Shown here: positions 24,944 through 37,850 of the stretch, piece by piece | Layout: each line of letters begins with the position of its first letter | Numbering within the stretch: position 1 is the first letter of the stretch | NCBI GenBank assembly: GCA_030141605.1 | Contig: JAQGDQ010000446.1 | Span: 62,001 to 126,000 of the forward strand | DNA length: 64,000 nt | Reading direction: 5' to 3' | DNA from: Tubiluchus corallicola | Lineage: Eukaryota; Animalia; Priapulida | Position numbers and translations under genes: made by a program | Notes under the pieces: generated by a model | Databases searched by the model: none | What the model was told of the DNA's origin: nothing | What the model saw: the letters and a program-made list of their open reading frames with translations, nothing else

Positions 24944-27778
24944 ATATCCAATACACAATGCTGGCTAGTCAAAAACAATTAAACGAAGTGTTCAAAATTT
25001 TTTAGCATGCAGTAAAGCATATTTCTAATCCGTAAAACTGCCTAATAAGTATTGTGTAATACTAGCTGCTTTGTTTTATTTGAGACGCTTGTCTAAAGTA
25101 AGGCATCATTCCTAACTTATTAGTAAATGCTAGGCATGTGCAGTTGTATGATGTACAGTCTAGCCTCGTTATCTCACGACTGTCCGTCTAGGGCAAATTT
25201 TTGGTGAGAGGCGAGTATGGCGAGATAATGGGAATATAACGAAGTTAGTCTATTAGTCTATATGTATATACATAATAGTTGATTAACATAGTGTTCCTCT
25301 ATGTACATATAAAATATATTTCGCCTTATGATACCAATCAACATTAAATCACAAATGAAAAAATGTCTTAAAAATAATCTTAGAATGTTACTTTTTTATT
25401 TAAAAAACCTTTTTCGAGTATACACAATAAACTTAGCATTGTGACCATGACTTTGCATCCATTTTTCTTTACTCGCTATTATTTCTCCTACACTACTACT
25501 CTGTGCTAGACTCTGTTCAATAAGAAATCATTCATATTACTAAAACTTACTACTAAAAATTACTAAAACTTAAAGTGCAGGCTGATAACTTTGTTTTTGA
25601 AGTCAAGTTAAACAGCACAGCCAATTACAAATATTTCATAAAATTAAAATGATTCAAAACTACAGTATTGTTGTTCAATATCGGTACAGCAAGTTGGATA
25701 ATCACTACCTGCTTTTAGAATGGGCAGCTGTACAGTTACTTTATATTGAGTTAAAACATCAAGTTAACTGCACTCAATCAGTCCAATGAGCTTGTTTATA
25801 ATCTATAATGAATTACCCATTTTTACATTATTAATTCTGCAGTTCTAAACTTTACTGAATACAAAATCGCGCTGTAAATAAATCTAGTTTGGTAAATTAA
25901 CAAGACTGAGATTAATTAAACGAAAATGACCAGTTCGTAATGATGTAAAATAATTCAAAACGATGTATTTACTGAGTATCTAGTATTTAGTACTAAGCAA
26001 ATCTAGTATTTGCCAATATATCTGACAAAATGTACCACTATCACTGTGAAAAACTACTTTGTCACTACCAAGGTGAAGAAACCTGTTAATATAAATAAGT
26101 TTTTATTAGAATTGCCTAAGAAGTGCGCTTATTTCACTGCTAAAGATTAATATCGGAGCCAAATCTAACATTGACCATATTACTAACTCAAAATAAGATT
26201 CTTCTATTTTACCAGATGTATAATAAATTATTCAACAGTTTTGATATCTTCAATTATTGTTATTAAATAAACAATGACAATGGTCACTGCCAGTAAAGTT
26301 AACGACTCAATTTGTCAACCATGTCCAGTGTCCTACTTGGGCTAGCCCATGTGCACCAATTGCCCTATTTCAGTTAGTGCCCTACTCCATGCCCAACAGT
26401 TATATAACGGAAACACCTAAGATGATGATAATAATAATCAGACGTAGGGATTCCACTCTGAAAGTGAACTAGCAAGTGTGAACCACTTGGCAAGTTCTTC
26501 AATGTCTACCAACTAACTCCCTTGCCCAGGTAAAAAGGTGTTTAAAGGTGATATGCACAGGTGAATGACCGTGGCCACGTGACCCATAAGATACTTGACG
26601 ATGTTGTGTAAATAGCAGCAACTTAAATACCAATAAATGATATCATCATGAGTCGGTCACATTTATTATTAGTCAAATCGGAGACTTTCCAGGCCAGCAA
26701 AATTTATTGAACTGCCACATTCTTTCCATAGAACAAGTTTTCTAAGTTGTTACAATGAATGATTGATGAGTGTTTCATTTCTTCAATGTCCCAGTGCAAT
26801 TAAACACAACATACAATAATAATAATAATAATAATAAGAATCTTTTATTTATCTTGTAACAAACGAACAGTTATAATACAATTAATTTGGCAACAAAAAT
26901 GTGAAGAAAGAGCAGCGAAAGACCAATTGGTCATCTAGTCAGCTGCCCTTTGGTTAGTGATGAATATTTTTATAGGCGCTATGCTACAGTGTATTAGTGT
27001 TAACACTGCTTATAATAAAAACTAAATTGCTACGAACGACATTAAATTGATATGCTTATAACGTGTTAGTACAATTCATACACAGTAATAATAGGTGCAT
27101 AATAATAATAATAAAAAAATCAAACTGAAAATAACTGAAATAAAACTGAACTGAAATAAAAATCTGACAACAGAAACATAATAACAATGGCAACTGAAAT
27201 TTACTTTATAACACAAGCATAATGTAAAAAAATACAGAGCAATTTTTGATGATCTGATGTAAAATGAATAGGCAGATTGTTAAAGCACAAAAAATTACCT
27301 GTATGACTGCATGAGGAGATTGACCATTGGAGTCCAGACTTTGAAAATGATCTACAGAAGTTAGACAATAAACAATTAAATATATAACAACATGCCAATG
27401 CGGGGGATACTTATAATCAAAGAAATTACTTGTGTCTTCCATTTTCTGTAACTTTGGTAGTAAATTTTCACAAAAGCAAGAGAGAAAAAATTGAGTTTGT
27501 GATGTTTCATGATTAATTTTTAGAGAGTAGAATCTATAAAAATATTTTGAATGAATTATGTGGATTATGGAAAGATAAAAATATGTTTGAGGCAAGAATG
27601 AAATGTAACTTGAGTTAATGTCAAGAATGATAGAAAATTTGTCAATATTTAAAATGAAATGCATACTGGTAGCCTAATCAAATATTGTCCAATTTTTGCA
27701 AGTTTGTAAAAAAGTCTGAATCATTGGGGCCAAAATTATGTAATTGGATTGTGAGCTGTTACTCAAAGCTGGAAATTC

Positions 27779-28030
27779 ATGGAGCGTTCATTCTGTAAAA
27801 CAAGAACATTTTTAAACCCATTATCTATTGACGTAAGAAATTACTCAACAAGATTTAACGAATTTCGTATTAAGTATTGTAGGACTGACGCGGCAAGGCA
27901 CTTCATCACTAACACTGGCCCTAGACTTTGGAATAACATCAACAAATACATAAAAAATTCTTTATCTATAAATAACTTCAAAAGAAATTTCAAAAGTGAA
28001 GTCTTTTCTAATTATACAGAATAAATCAAT
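27779..28030 (+). mobile_element. CR1/L2-group LINE 3' fragment
   Basis: YSTR...CRT...GPRLWNNI...IKNSLSINNFKRNFK is typical of the ORF2 C-terminus in this group. Confidence 0.65.
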
Positions 28031-28960
28031 TTGATTACACTGCTGTCCCTGTCGGAATCCATTGTGTTGCTGGCTATTTCAATTTTTACATTTCTATAGG
28101 TCATGTTACTCATACAGATACCACCACATCTTTTTCCTTCTTTCTATTCTCTATTAACCTTTCCTTCTACTCCTTTACTGCTCTTTTCTATTACACTCAG
28201 TCCACATTCATTTGGGGTACTCTAAACTTGAATTATCCATTACAACCCATAATTGTTCTCCTACTTCATTATACTGGTCAGCCTTTATTGTTACATTTTT
28301 TAAGTCATTATCAATTGCCAAAAATATCCCCTCCATACTTATTTCTATTCAGTTGCAACACTTTATAACCCCCAATTTTCACTAATTCTTCTTCCCCCAA
28401 ATGAGTTTCAACAATTCCTATTACGCTAGGCTTTTTTCCCTTATCACTCCATACAATGACTCTAACTTATTATTTAGTCCTCTACAATTTGTATACACTA
28501 CATTAAAATTTTTAAATCTCTTTTTCTTTTTCTGAGATCTTTTCACTCTTACTTTTTTTCCTAATTCCATAGTTTTTCTTTTATTGCACTGATTTCCCAC
28601 ATTAAAAAACTAATCTGCTCAACCAGACTTTCATTTTGTGTCTTTTGTTCATTTTTATTGGATTCTAGGTTGCCTGCTGTCCTTCTCGTTCTTGTATTCT
28701 TAGGTACCTCTTTTCATCATCGTTAAAAATGTCTGTATCTGCACCTACTACCATATTTGCATTCACCATCATACTTATAATTCCAACACAGATTTGCCTT
28801 TTCCTTATCTTCCTCAGGTTTCATTTTGATAAGTTAAGTTCTAGTCTTTTGTTAAACTATAGTTTCAGTTTGTGCCTTTCTATTATTAATGTATTTTTTA
28901 TTCTTCTTTTTGGCTTGATTTATAGTTTAATAATGGTTTCACTAGTCGCTAAATAAACAA
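28030..28960 (-). mobile_element. Degenerate LINE 5' fragment (ORF1 end plus start of AP-endonuclease)
   Basis: Minus strand encodes VYTNCRGLNNK, IGIVETHL and NRNKYGG (APE motifs), with a CCCH finger upstream. Confidence 0.7.
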
Positions 28961-29229
28961 GTTGAAACATACTCATCTTTAGCATGTTCAGTTTAGATAA
29001 TTTTGCTATCCCGTTTACTAAATTGCATAATCTATGTTTGATTGGTCCCTATCAGTCTTTGAATTTTGGGGCCTTATTATGAATCAGGGATTAAGTCTAT
29101 AGCCTAATTAGCCCAATGGTTAATTTGTCGCTGCCTCCATGATGTTTATTAGTGCAATTTGCTTGAGGATCAGTAGAGGCAAAGTTTCTAGATTGAGTTC
29201 TTAAACTTGAAACCTGTTGCATAGTTACA

Positions 29230-29795
29230 CAGTAAAATCTGCATCACCTAAATTTAAACGGACTGAAAAAACCTTTTGAGTTTTCGATGTCGACCATTTT
29301 TCAGCATAGAAACTCTAAACCCCTCCTCCAGATGGCGAGCTAAACAGAAGACAGAAACTCGACTGTTCTGAACATAAAGGACGAGATTTGCTGACAATTA
29401 CATGAAAAATAACAAATTATGTAGTGAAACATGATTTTTTATGTTGCAAGAGGACACATACACAACACGCAAAGATCTATCCCGGAGAACATAATTTGGG
29501 GGGACGCAGGCACGACTTGTACGACATCAGAATTTTCCCGGAAGACGATTCTGTTTTTGAGTTGTACAAAACTTTTTCATTTTTCTAGAGTATAAATTGT
29601 GTGTTTTAGTTAGGAGAAGTAAGTTTACCTGTTTTTTGATTAAATGGACCACAATTTTTTATTTGAGTTAGGCTAAAATTTGAGTTGATTGATGTTTTTT
29701 GCGGGAAAAGCGAAGGATTTCATCCCTTCTGCTGAAATTCTTTGAGTTTGGAGAAAATTTGAGTTGTTTGATCATGAGTTATGCCAAGTTTACTG
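29230..29795. mobile_element. pogo/Tigger-like MITE
   Basis: Imperfect TIR CAGTAAAATCTGCATCAC versus CAGTAAACTTGGCATAAC, with TA at the right end. Confidence 0.55.
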
Positions 29796-30105
29796 TAATA
29801 ATAACACGCTCAATACGGATGCTGCATTATTAACTGTAAATTTTATTTTTGGTTTCTTTTCAATATAGTTGTCGCCTCCTGCACGTGAGTTGAAGTCTCG
29901 CAAATGTGATCTACAATCTTAGGAAACCGAGTGTCGGCAGTTGTGGATAAACACACTTAAAGCTTGCAGCTGTGGTCGGTACAAGAAATATTTTTGCTAT
30001 TGAAGCATGCTTTGTAAGAAACCTGAACATTACACAAGAATGAAACCCCACAAATGTGACTTCTGTGACAAATCATTTGCTCAGTGAGGTGATCTTCTCA
30101 GTCAC

Positions 30106-30966
30106 ATGAACACTCATACTGGAATGAAACCCCACAAATGTGACTTATGTGACAAATCATTTTCTGAGCGAGGTAATCTTCTCAAGCACATGAACACTCA
30201 TACTGGAATGAAACCCCACAAATGTGACTTATGTGACAAATCATTTGCTCAGCGAGGTGATCTTCTCAGGCACATGAACACTCATACTGGAATGAAACCC
30301 CACAAATGTGACTTCTGTGAAAAATCATTTGCTCAGCGAGGTGATCTTCTCAGGCACATGAACACTCATACTGGAATGAAACCCCACAAATGTGACTTAT
30401 GTGACAAATCATTTTCTGAGCGAGGTAATCTTCTCAAGCACATGAACACTCATACTGGAATGAAACCCCACAAATGTGATTTATGTGACAAATCATTTGC
30501 TCAGCGAGGTAGTCTTCTCAGGCACATGAACACTCATACTGGAATGAAGCCCCACAAATGTGACTTATGTGACAAATCATTTTCTGTGCGATGTAATCTT
30601 CTCAGGCACATGAACACTCATACTGGAATGAAACCCCACACTTGTGACTTATGTGACAAATCATTTGCTCAGCGATGTGATCTTCTCAAGCACATGAACA
30701 TTCATACTGGAATGAAACCCCACACTTGTGACTTATGTGACAAATCATTTGCTCAGCGAGGTCATCTTCTCACACACATGAACACTCATACTGGAATGAA
30801 ACCCCACACTTGTGACTTATGTGACAAATCATTTGCTCAGCGAGGTCATCTTCTCACGCACATGAACACTCACACTGGAATGAAACCCCACAGATGTGAC
30901 TTATGTGACAAATCATTTTCTCGGCGAAGTAATCTTCTCAGGCACAGGAAAACTCATATCACATAG
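30106..30966 (+). CDS. Tandem C2H2 zinc-finger array, 10 intact fingers (possibly a pseudogene or the last exon of a larger gene)
   Basis: CxxC...HxxxH fingers with TGMKPH linkers in near-identical 84-bp units. An 11th upstream finger (from 30040) carries an in-frame TGA at 30085. Confidence 0.85.
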   Translation: MNTHTGMKPHKCDLCDKSFSERGNLLKHMNTHTGMKPHKCDLCDKSFAQRGDLLRHMNTHTGMKPHKCDFCEKSFAQRGDLLRHMNTHTGMKPHKCDLCDKSFSERGNLLKHMNTHTGMKPHKCDLCDKSFAQRGSLLRHMNTHTGMKPHKCDLCDKSFSVRCNLLRHMNTHTGMKPHTCDLCDKSFAQRCDLLKHMNIHTGMKPHTCDLCDKSFAQRGHLLTHMNTHTGMKPHTCDLCDKSFAQRGHLLTHMNTHTGMKPHRCDLCDKSFSRRSNLLRHRKTHIT

Positions 30967-30970
30967 ACAT

Positions 30971-31112
30971 GAGTCAACATAGACATTACAAAGAGTCAAC
31001 ATAGACATTACAATGAGTCAACATAGACATTACAAAGAGTCAACATAGACATTACAATGAGTCAACATAGACATTACAATGAGTCAACATAAACAATACA
31101 GTGAGTCAGCAT
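30971..31112. repeat. 22-bp tandem repeat, about 6 copies, right after the zinc-finger stop
   Basis: Unit GAGTCAACATAGACATTACAAW. Confidence 0.92.
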
Positions 31113-31527
31113 GTTACAGGTGCCATCGTGTAATCATGATAGTCGTCTGTTGTAAAAAAGACAGACTGGTGACTTTAATGTTCTGTTTCAATACTTGCGG
31201 CATCAACCATTAAAACACACTAGCTGTTGGTCAGTCAGTTAGTCATGGATTACTTAAATCTAAGAGTAAATAAACAAATGATGATACAAAGAAAAAAATA
31301 AATGATTACCAATTAGCGAACTAACTGGCTAATGGAGTGACTTACGGCAGATTGCTTGAACAACCAACTGGTTGGCTCGCCGACTTATCCACTGACTGAT
31401 GAACGAATGAACAACCAACCAACATTGTAGCTTAGGTTCAGTTTATGAAGTTAGAGTTGGAAACATAGGAGTATTTATTTTGACTAGAAAAATATTCATT
31501 TGCTAAAGCAGTAGTCTTTGTAAAATA

Positions 31528-31993
31528 GGTATAAGGTACTCGCTTATAAGAGACCACCAACACCGGTCCCGATTTTTCGTAACGTATTTCTTATGTAAAA
31601 ATCTTCGTATATAAGGTAATCGCATATGAGGGACTTTCAGTTATAAGGAACAATATCTTCAGGTCCCGTGTAAAGAAACCCAGATAAATTACCTCGCATA
31701 TAAGGGACCCTATCATAAAAGCGAAATTGATGGATTTTTAACCTCAATTTTTCGCAAACTCAGCGTTCGAACAGCTCGGTTTCCGCGGTCACATACATCT
31801 CGCATCACTGAAGGAGCTTCCTACATACCGTCTGCACTGAATGTGTAGCAATAATCCATAAAAATGTGGGTAAAAGTACAGAAAAGTACAGGTCTACATA
31901 CACCCTCGGTCTGACTCAACTTTAGCTATAAGGGACATCTGATATAAGGGACGATTTTTTTCCGGAGGTGTCCCTTATATCCAAGGTTGAGTG
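31528..31993. mobile_element. Tc1/pogo-like MITE remnant
   Basis: Recurring TATAAGGGAC motifs in both orientations. Right end ...ATCCAAGGTTGAGTG|TA. Confidence 0.5.
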
Positions 31994-33834
31994 TATCTAT
32001 CCATAGGACTCACGTAGGTGCAAAATTGATGCAAAACTGTCTGTTATTTTGTTGACCTGTATATTTTAAACTAAATTAAAGCTTCACTGTAGTGTAGTGT
32101 ATTTTTATACCATTTGATGTGTGCGCATGTTAGTGTGATGTATATGTAATGTGTAATATAATGACTACTCTATAATCACAGATAATAAGATAAAAAAAAA
32201 TTAGTTTTCGATAGAATAATGACAACTAAAAAGGGAAGGAAAATAAAAGTTTTAACTTCATCCTTTTCTTTTCTTGAAAACTTTTATTATAGTTTGACGT
32301 ATTTTTATACTAATGTGTGCAAATTTTGTGTAACATGAAATGTTTTTTAACTCGTTCAATAAATAAATAATTTTTGACATAAAATGTGACGTCATAAAGG
32401 TGTTATATATCAGTGCTGTGTATAATACATTTTGTTGTTTCTGTAACGCATTGTCGGAATCAACAATGGGAACAATGTCGGCTTGTTTAACTTAGTGGGG
32501 GGGGGGCTGCTTCAGAAAATTTTTAGTTGTTGTTCTAATACTGGGTAAAGCAAAAAAATTTAGGTAAATTTTATGTTGTAATTTGTATTTTAAACAAACA
32601 AGCATCTGAAAGTTTATACATAAACATGATAAAATCTTAAACAAAAAAAATTGTTTTGCTTACGAATAGCCTCAATTGTTGCAGTTCAAGAGTATGTTGG
32701 TACACGACTTTTAGGCACGAGATAACTGACAACAAACTGCGTGAGGGACAGTACTTTCTCTACCTGGGCTCAGACATGTGTGCGTGAACGCATGCGCACG
32801 ACAGCCAAACACCAAACTGCTGGACTGCGAAACAAACAGTACTACTCCCACGGGTCATTTGCAGCTTGGCATCTTGTACACCTAATAATAAATATATTAT
32901 TAAATACTTTTATGTACAATGCTGTAATGATCATTGTGGATATATTTAATAAATAAATAAATAAATAAGCATATTCTCACAGTTAATAAACGATGATCTA
33001 GAAGCTCTGAATGAAACTCATATTTTTGGATAAATTACAGTGTCATGTGTTATGTAGTTATAGTCATAAAAGCAAATTACATTAGTGACTTGAAAGATAT
33101 TTTTTCCTGTACTGGTTTGTATTGCAGACACATTTCTTACTTGCTTAACATTTTATGTCTGTGTCTTTAGGCTTGGCATTTTATCCTGGCTATGTTTGAT
33201 GTGTGTATGTATTTTTTTATTTTTTATTTATTTATTTATTATTATTATCACATTCAGTACAATATAATGACATTACGCACACAGTGACATCAAAATTATT
33301 ACATCCTCTATATTAAATTGTTATGTTTCATACACTATCGTTATCATAAAAGAATAATTGTACTGCAGTGGGCTAGAAAAGCAAAGGCTTGTATAAGCCC
33401 ACTGTCATGTGAACCCGATAAAAAATGGATGAGTGAACAAAAAAGAACTGGGAGAAAGGTTAGATTACACAGGAAGGGTATAAGGATGTGTTAGTGGAAA
33501 TGATAGGAAGAAAGATAATAGATTGCGCTATGTTGACATCAGCTCTAAAGATTTATCAATGATGCCTTGTTTTGCATAATCTGTACTAGATGTGTGTATC
33601 TATGTAATAATTATTCATTACCGCCTTGTGTAACTATAATGAATCATTTTGATAAAATGCGAACAATATCAGAAATTTAAACACCTTGCATATGCTTGAA
33701 TGTGCATTTTCCTTGTTGACTTTGGCTCGTTAAAGCACTTGTTTTTCATCCATATTTTGTCCAAAGAGTTTTAAATTACTGCCTATCATTTACAATCGTG
33801 TTTTTGTTCTACAAACACTGCACTTGGCTATTAT

Positions 33835-34075
33835 GAGAGTTTTATTGATGCTTGCACCTCAGGCACTTAGAGCACCTCACGCTCCGGCTCCCAGTCTTTA
33901 TCTGAGACTAATTTCTTCAGCTGGAGGCCCCGCACGCCTTATATATCGTGCGCGGTGCCCCGCTGCCTGAATTCCTAGATCACGTAATCACGTGATACCA
34001 TAACTGGCTTCATCATACCAGCATCTATCAACATAATTATTTCTCATAATCTACTGCTCTTACTATGCTTTAAAC
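33835..34075 (-). mobile_element. Partial family B LTR-like element
   Basis: Shares CACGTAATCACGTGATACCA...AACTGGCTTCATCAT...ATAATCTACTGCTCTTA with 12990-13080. Confidence 0.6.
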
Positions 34076-35044
34076 GACTTTTGCTTCGCATTTGATGTCA
34101 ACAATGAACAATTTATTTATCAGTGCAAATGATCTATTATGACATCACATCTACGTATTCAAATTGTTATATTTAATAGTACAGCCGAACATAATGTTTG
34201 CAATAAAAGACAAAAGAACAATACCACATAAAAGCGTTGCATGTAGCCTGTTATTAATATAATTGTCAGTGTAAATAAACAATAATTATTTAACGGGAGA
34301 GATAACGATACTTCAAAATGATTACTTTCCGTGCACAAAAGACTACGACTTCTGTGTCAATACAACGAGACACGAAATCAAGAAATATTTCTATCTGTCT
34401 GCCGCATTCACTACTGAACATGACATTTAGAAATGTGTTTGCTGCAAGCAACACAAAGCGTGCAATAAGAAATGTGTTAGTATCAGCTTGGCGCAAACAT
34501 TACTACACAAAACTACGAGAAATGTGTTACTATTAGCTTGGCGAGTTGGCGTAAACGGTAATACACACAATGTTAAAAAATACGTTACTATTAACTTGTT
34601 GTGGGCAACGCTAGTATGACATCGTGAAATCTATGGCATCTGTTCATCGCGTACAACTAAAAGCGACATCGTGAAATGTGCTGATACTGTGCACGTTGTC
34701 GTGTGCAACATTTTCGTGCAACATTAAACAACAAGAAATAATAATTAGTAAATTTACAACAAGCTGCGCACCTGGAAAAAGGTGACACTTCAACTTTAAG
34801 AAACGGTGTGTTTAAGAAACAACTATCTGTGTGAACAACCGACCAATTATACAGCGGTCGCCAAAAAGCTTGTTTCCATACTAAGTTTATCAAATCGACA
34901 TTAAATCTAAAACTATGCACACTAAAAATCTAACTATTTAATAGTTTATGTATTTAGGAAAAGAATCTAACTATATATAGGCATTATTTATTGAACGTAC
35001 AAATTATTTTTTACTATCTAAGTTGCACTATCTAAATCTAGACA

Positions 35045-36193
35045 ATGAAGAAAATTCATATTATTCCAACACGTGAAACGCTTTTTCCTGCCAAGTCAGC
35101 GAAGATATTCAACTCAGTTAAGCCACTACTTTGGGCATTGTGCATATTTGGAATGTGGCCATTGCCACAGACACTTGGTGTTCAAAGCAAAATAGTGAAG
35201 CCTTTACTCTTCTTTTATTCGTGTTCTTTGATGGTTTTTACAATGATAACCTATGTTTACGTTTACGTACTGGCGTTTCTTTCTTCTCTGGTACACACCA
35301 CCTCGACAGGAACTCTTCTAGCTTCAGTCACCACAAGTATCCCAATCATTCAATTTGCTCTCCTATCAGTTTTCTTCTTGTCACAGAGACATTCATTTGA
35401 AAGATTTCGACACACATGGGACACTGTTTTTCAGAACATCGCAACTAATGACCACAACAAAAAGGTAAAAGCCCAGCCACACACCATCGGAACAAGAGAA
35501 GCGTACAAAGGGATAACTGTAGCTACGTTGTCCGTTATCAGCTTTCTCATAACGTACTACATTACAATATACATACCTGCAAAAACTGCAGAAGACACGA
35601 TGAAAGATGTTGGAGAACTCACCAGCCAAAAAGTTATGCAAAGAATTACAGCACGATTGGCAAAACCAGAAGTTGCATTTGTCAATGTCGTCTTGATAGC
35701 GTCATTTGCACTGACGATAATGTTTGTTAGAGCTCTGTGCGTTATTATTTGCAGCGAACTTGGTGAAGTTACCAAAAACTTTCAGCAACTTACAGTGGAA
35801 CAAAAACAAGCAACGAAACAACGACAGACGCAGGGGAGTAAAAGTTATGGATGCTCAAAAGTGCAAAACCTAATAAGCCAGCATCAAAACTTGGTAAACA
35901 TAATAACTGAAATGGACATCTTGTTTTCATATTTCATATTAATAATCTACGTCACAACAGTTACGCTGACATGCGTATATTTTTACAATATAATCAACAT
36001 TTTTCAAACGATGGGGTACACCAAAATAGCAATAAACACAGTCGCTGGAACAGCAGTTTGGCTAATCTTGGAGATAATCGTCATTACACTGTTATCTGTA
36101 GCTGCAGCTGGTTTGAACGAGAAAGCGCATGCGCCATTACAACACGTTTATAATATAGTATTCAGTGACTTGACGAACGAGGAAAAGGCAGAG
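35045..36193 (+). CDS. Gr-like gene 4, exon 1. Model 35045-36193, 36451-36540, 37851-37958 (about 448 aa)
   Basis: 392-aa ORF with IFNSVKPLLWALCIFGMWP, EMDILFSY and GLNEKAHAP. GAG|GTAAGC donor. Confidence 0.92.
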
Positions 36194-36450
36194 GTAAGCT
36201 CCAATTGTTTATTCAGTATCTAAACTAACAAAATATTCATTGAGAATGATCTTAAACCTGCTAAAATGTAAACTTAAAGCTATAGGCATTTCCAATTACA
36301 TGTACTACTAGATCAATAGCCATTTCAAAATTCCTGAACACCCCATCAATTTGATATAATATGCAGTTTGAATTCAGACTAATAAAAATTACTTAACATT
36401 CATTCTCAACTACATTTGTTTTGAATCACAATACGATTTGTACATTTCAG

Positions 36451-36540
36451 TTACAGATGTTTGCAATAAAACTGTCAGGTTCAAATATCGGAATCACAGG
36501 CTGCAATTTCTTTACAATCAGCCGAAGCTTCATGCTAACT
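36451..36540 (+). CDS. Gr-like gene 4, exon 2 (LQMFAIKLSGSNIGITGCNFFTISRSFMLT)
   Basis: TTTCAG acceptor, GTAAGT donor, 90 nt. Confidence 0.9.
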
Positions 36541-37619
36541 GTAAGTACAAAATATAATGATAGGCTACCTGTTGTTCATTTTGCAATCAGTCGAAGCTTC
36601 ATGCTAACTGTATGTGCAAAGCATAATAATTAGTTATTGTTCATTTTGCCAACAGCCGAAGATTCATGATAATGGTACATACAAAGCATAATAATTAGCT
36701 AACTGTTGTTCTTGTTACAATCAGCCGAAGCTTCGTCATAACGGTAAATACAAAGCGTAATAATTAGCTAACTGTTGTTCTTGTTACAATCAGCCGAAGC
36801 TTCATCACAATGGTAAATACCAAGCATAATAATTAGCTAACTGTTGTTCTTGTTACAATCAGCCGAAGCTTCATCATAACGGTAAATACCAAGCATAATA
36901 ATTAGCTAGCTGTTGTTCTTGTTACAATCAGCCAAAGATTGATCATAATGGTAAATATCAAGCATAATAATTAGCTAACTGTTATTCTTGTTACAATCAG
37001 CCAAAGCTTCATCATAATGGTAACTACCAAGCGTAATAATTAGCTAACTGTTGTTCTTGTTACAATCAGCTTTAGCTTCATCACAATGGTAAATACCAAG
37101 CATAATAATTAGCTAACTGTTGTCTTGTTACAATCAGCCGAAGCTTCCTCATAACGGTAAATACCAAGCATAATAATTAGCTAACTGTTGTTCTTGTTAC
37201 AATCAGCCGAAGCTTCATCACAATGGTAAATACCAAGCATAATAATTAGCTAACTGTTGTCTTGTTACAATCAGCCGAAGCTTCATCATAACGGTAAATA
37301 CCAACCATAATAATTAGCTAACTGTTGTTCTTGTTACAATCAGCCGAAGCTTCGTCATAACGGTAAATACCAAGCATAATAATTAGCTAACCGTTGTTCA
37401 TGTTACAATCAGCCGTAGCTTTATCATAACTGTATATACAAAGCATAATAATTAGCTAACTGTTGTTCTTGTTACATTCAGCCGAAGCTTCATCATAACT
37501 GTATATACAAAGCATAATAATCAGCTAACTGTTGTTCTTGTTACATTCAGCCGAAGCTTCATCATAACGCTAAATACCAAGCATAATAATTAGTTGAATG
37601 TTGTTTATTTTACAAACAG
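36512..37619. repeat. 69-bp minisatellite, 16 copies plus a partial, derived from the exon 2/intron 2 junction of Gr-like gene 4
   Basis: Unit TTACAATCAGCCGAAGCTTCATCATAACG|GTAAATACCAAGCATAATAATTAGCTAACTGTTGTTCTTG. Confidence 0.95.
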
Positions 37620-37850
37620 ATGCGGTAAGCACTAAAGATTTGCACTGTTATAGTACGTTAAAACGTTTCTTTAGTTTTGTAGTAGTTAGTAGTTGTTTTC
37701 AAGCCATTGTTGCAATGTAACACAGAACGTGACGTATAAAATTTCAAAACAGGCATTGGGTTATTAATGGTAAAATAATAAAATTATTTAGCGTCCTGCA
37801 AAGGAAAAACTGCAATTTGCACTTAATTATAAAACTGCTTCTTCTTGCAG

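Noticed and set aside
29869-30966. Naming the zinc-finger array PRDM9
   Set aside because: No PR/SET, KRAB or SSXRD exon was found; only the evolutionary pattern is similar.
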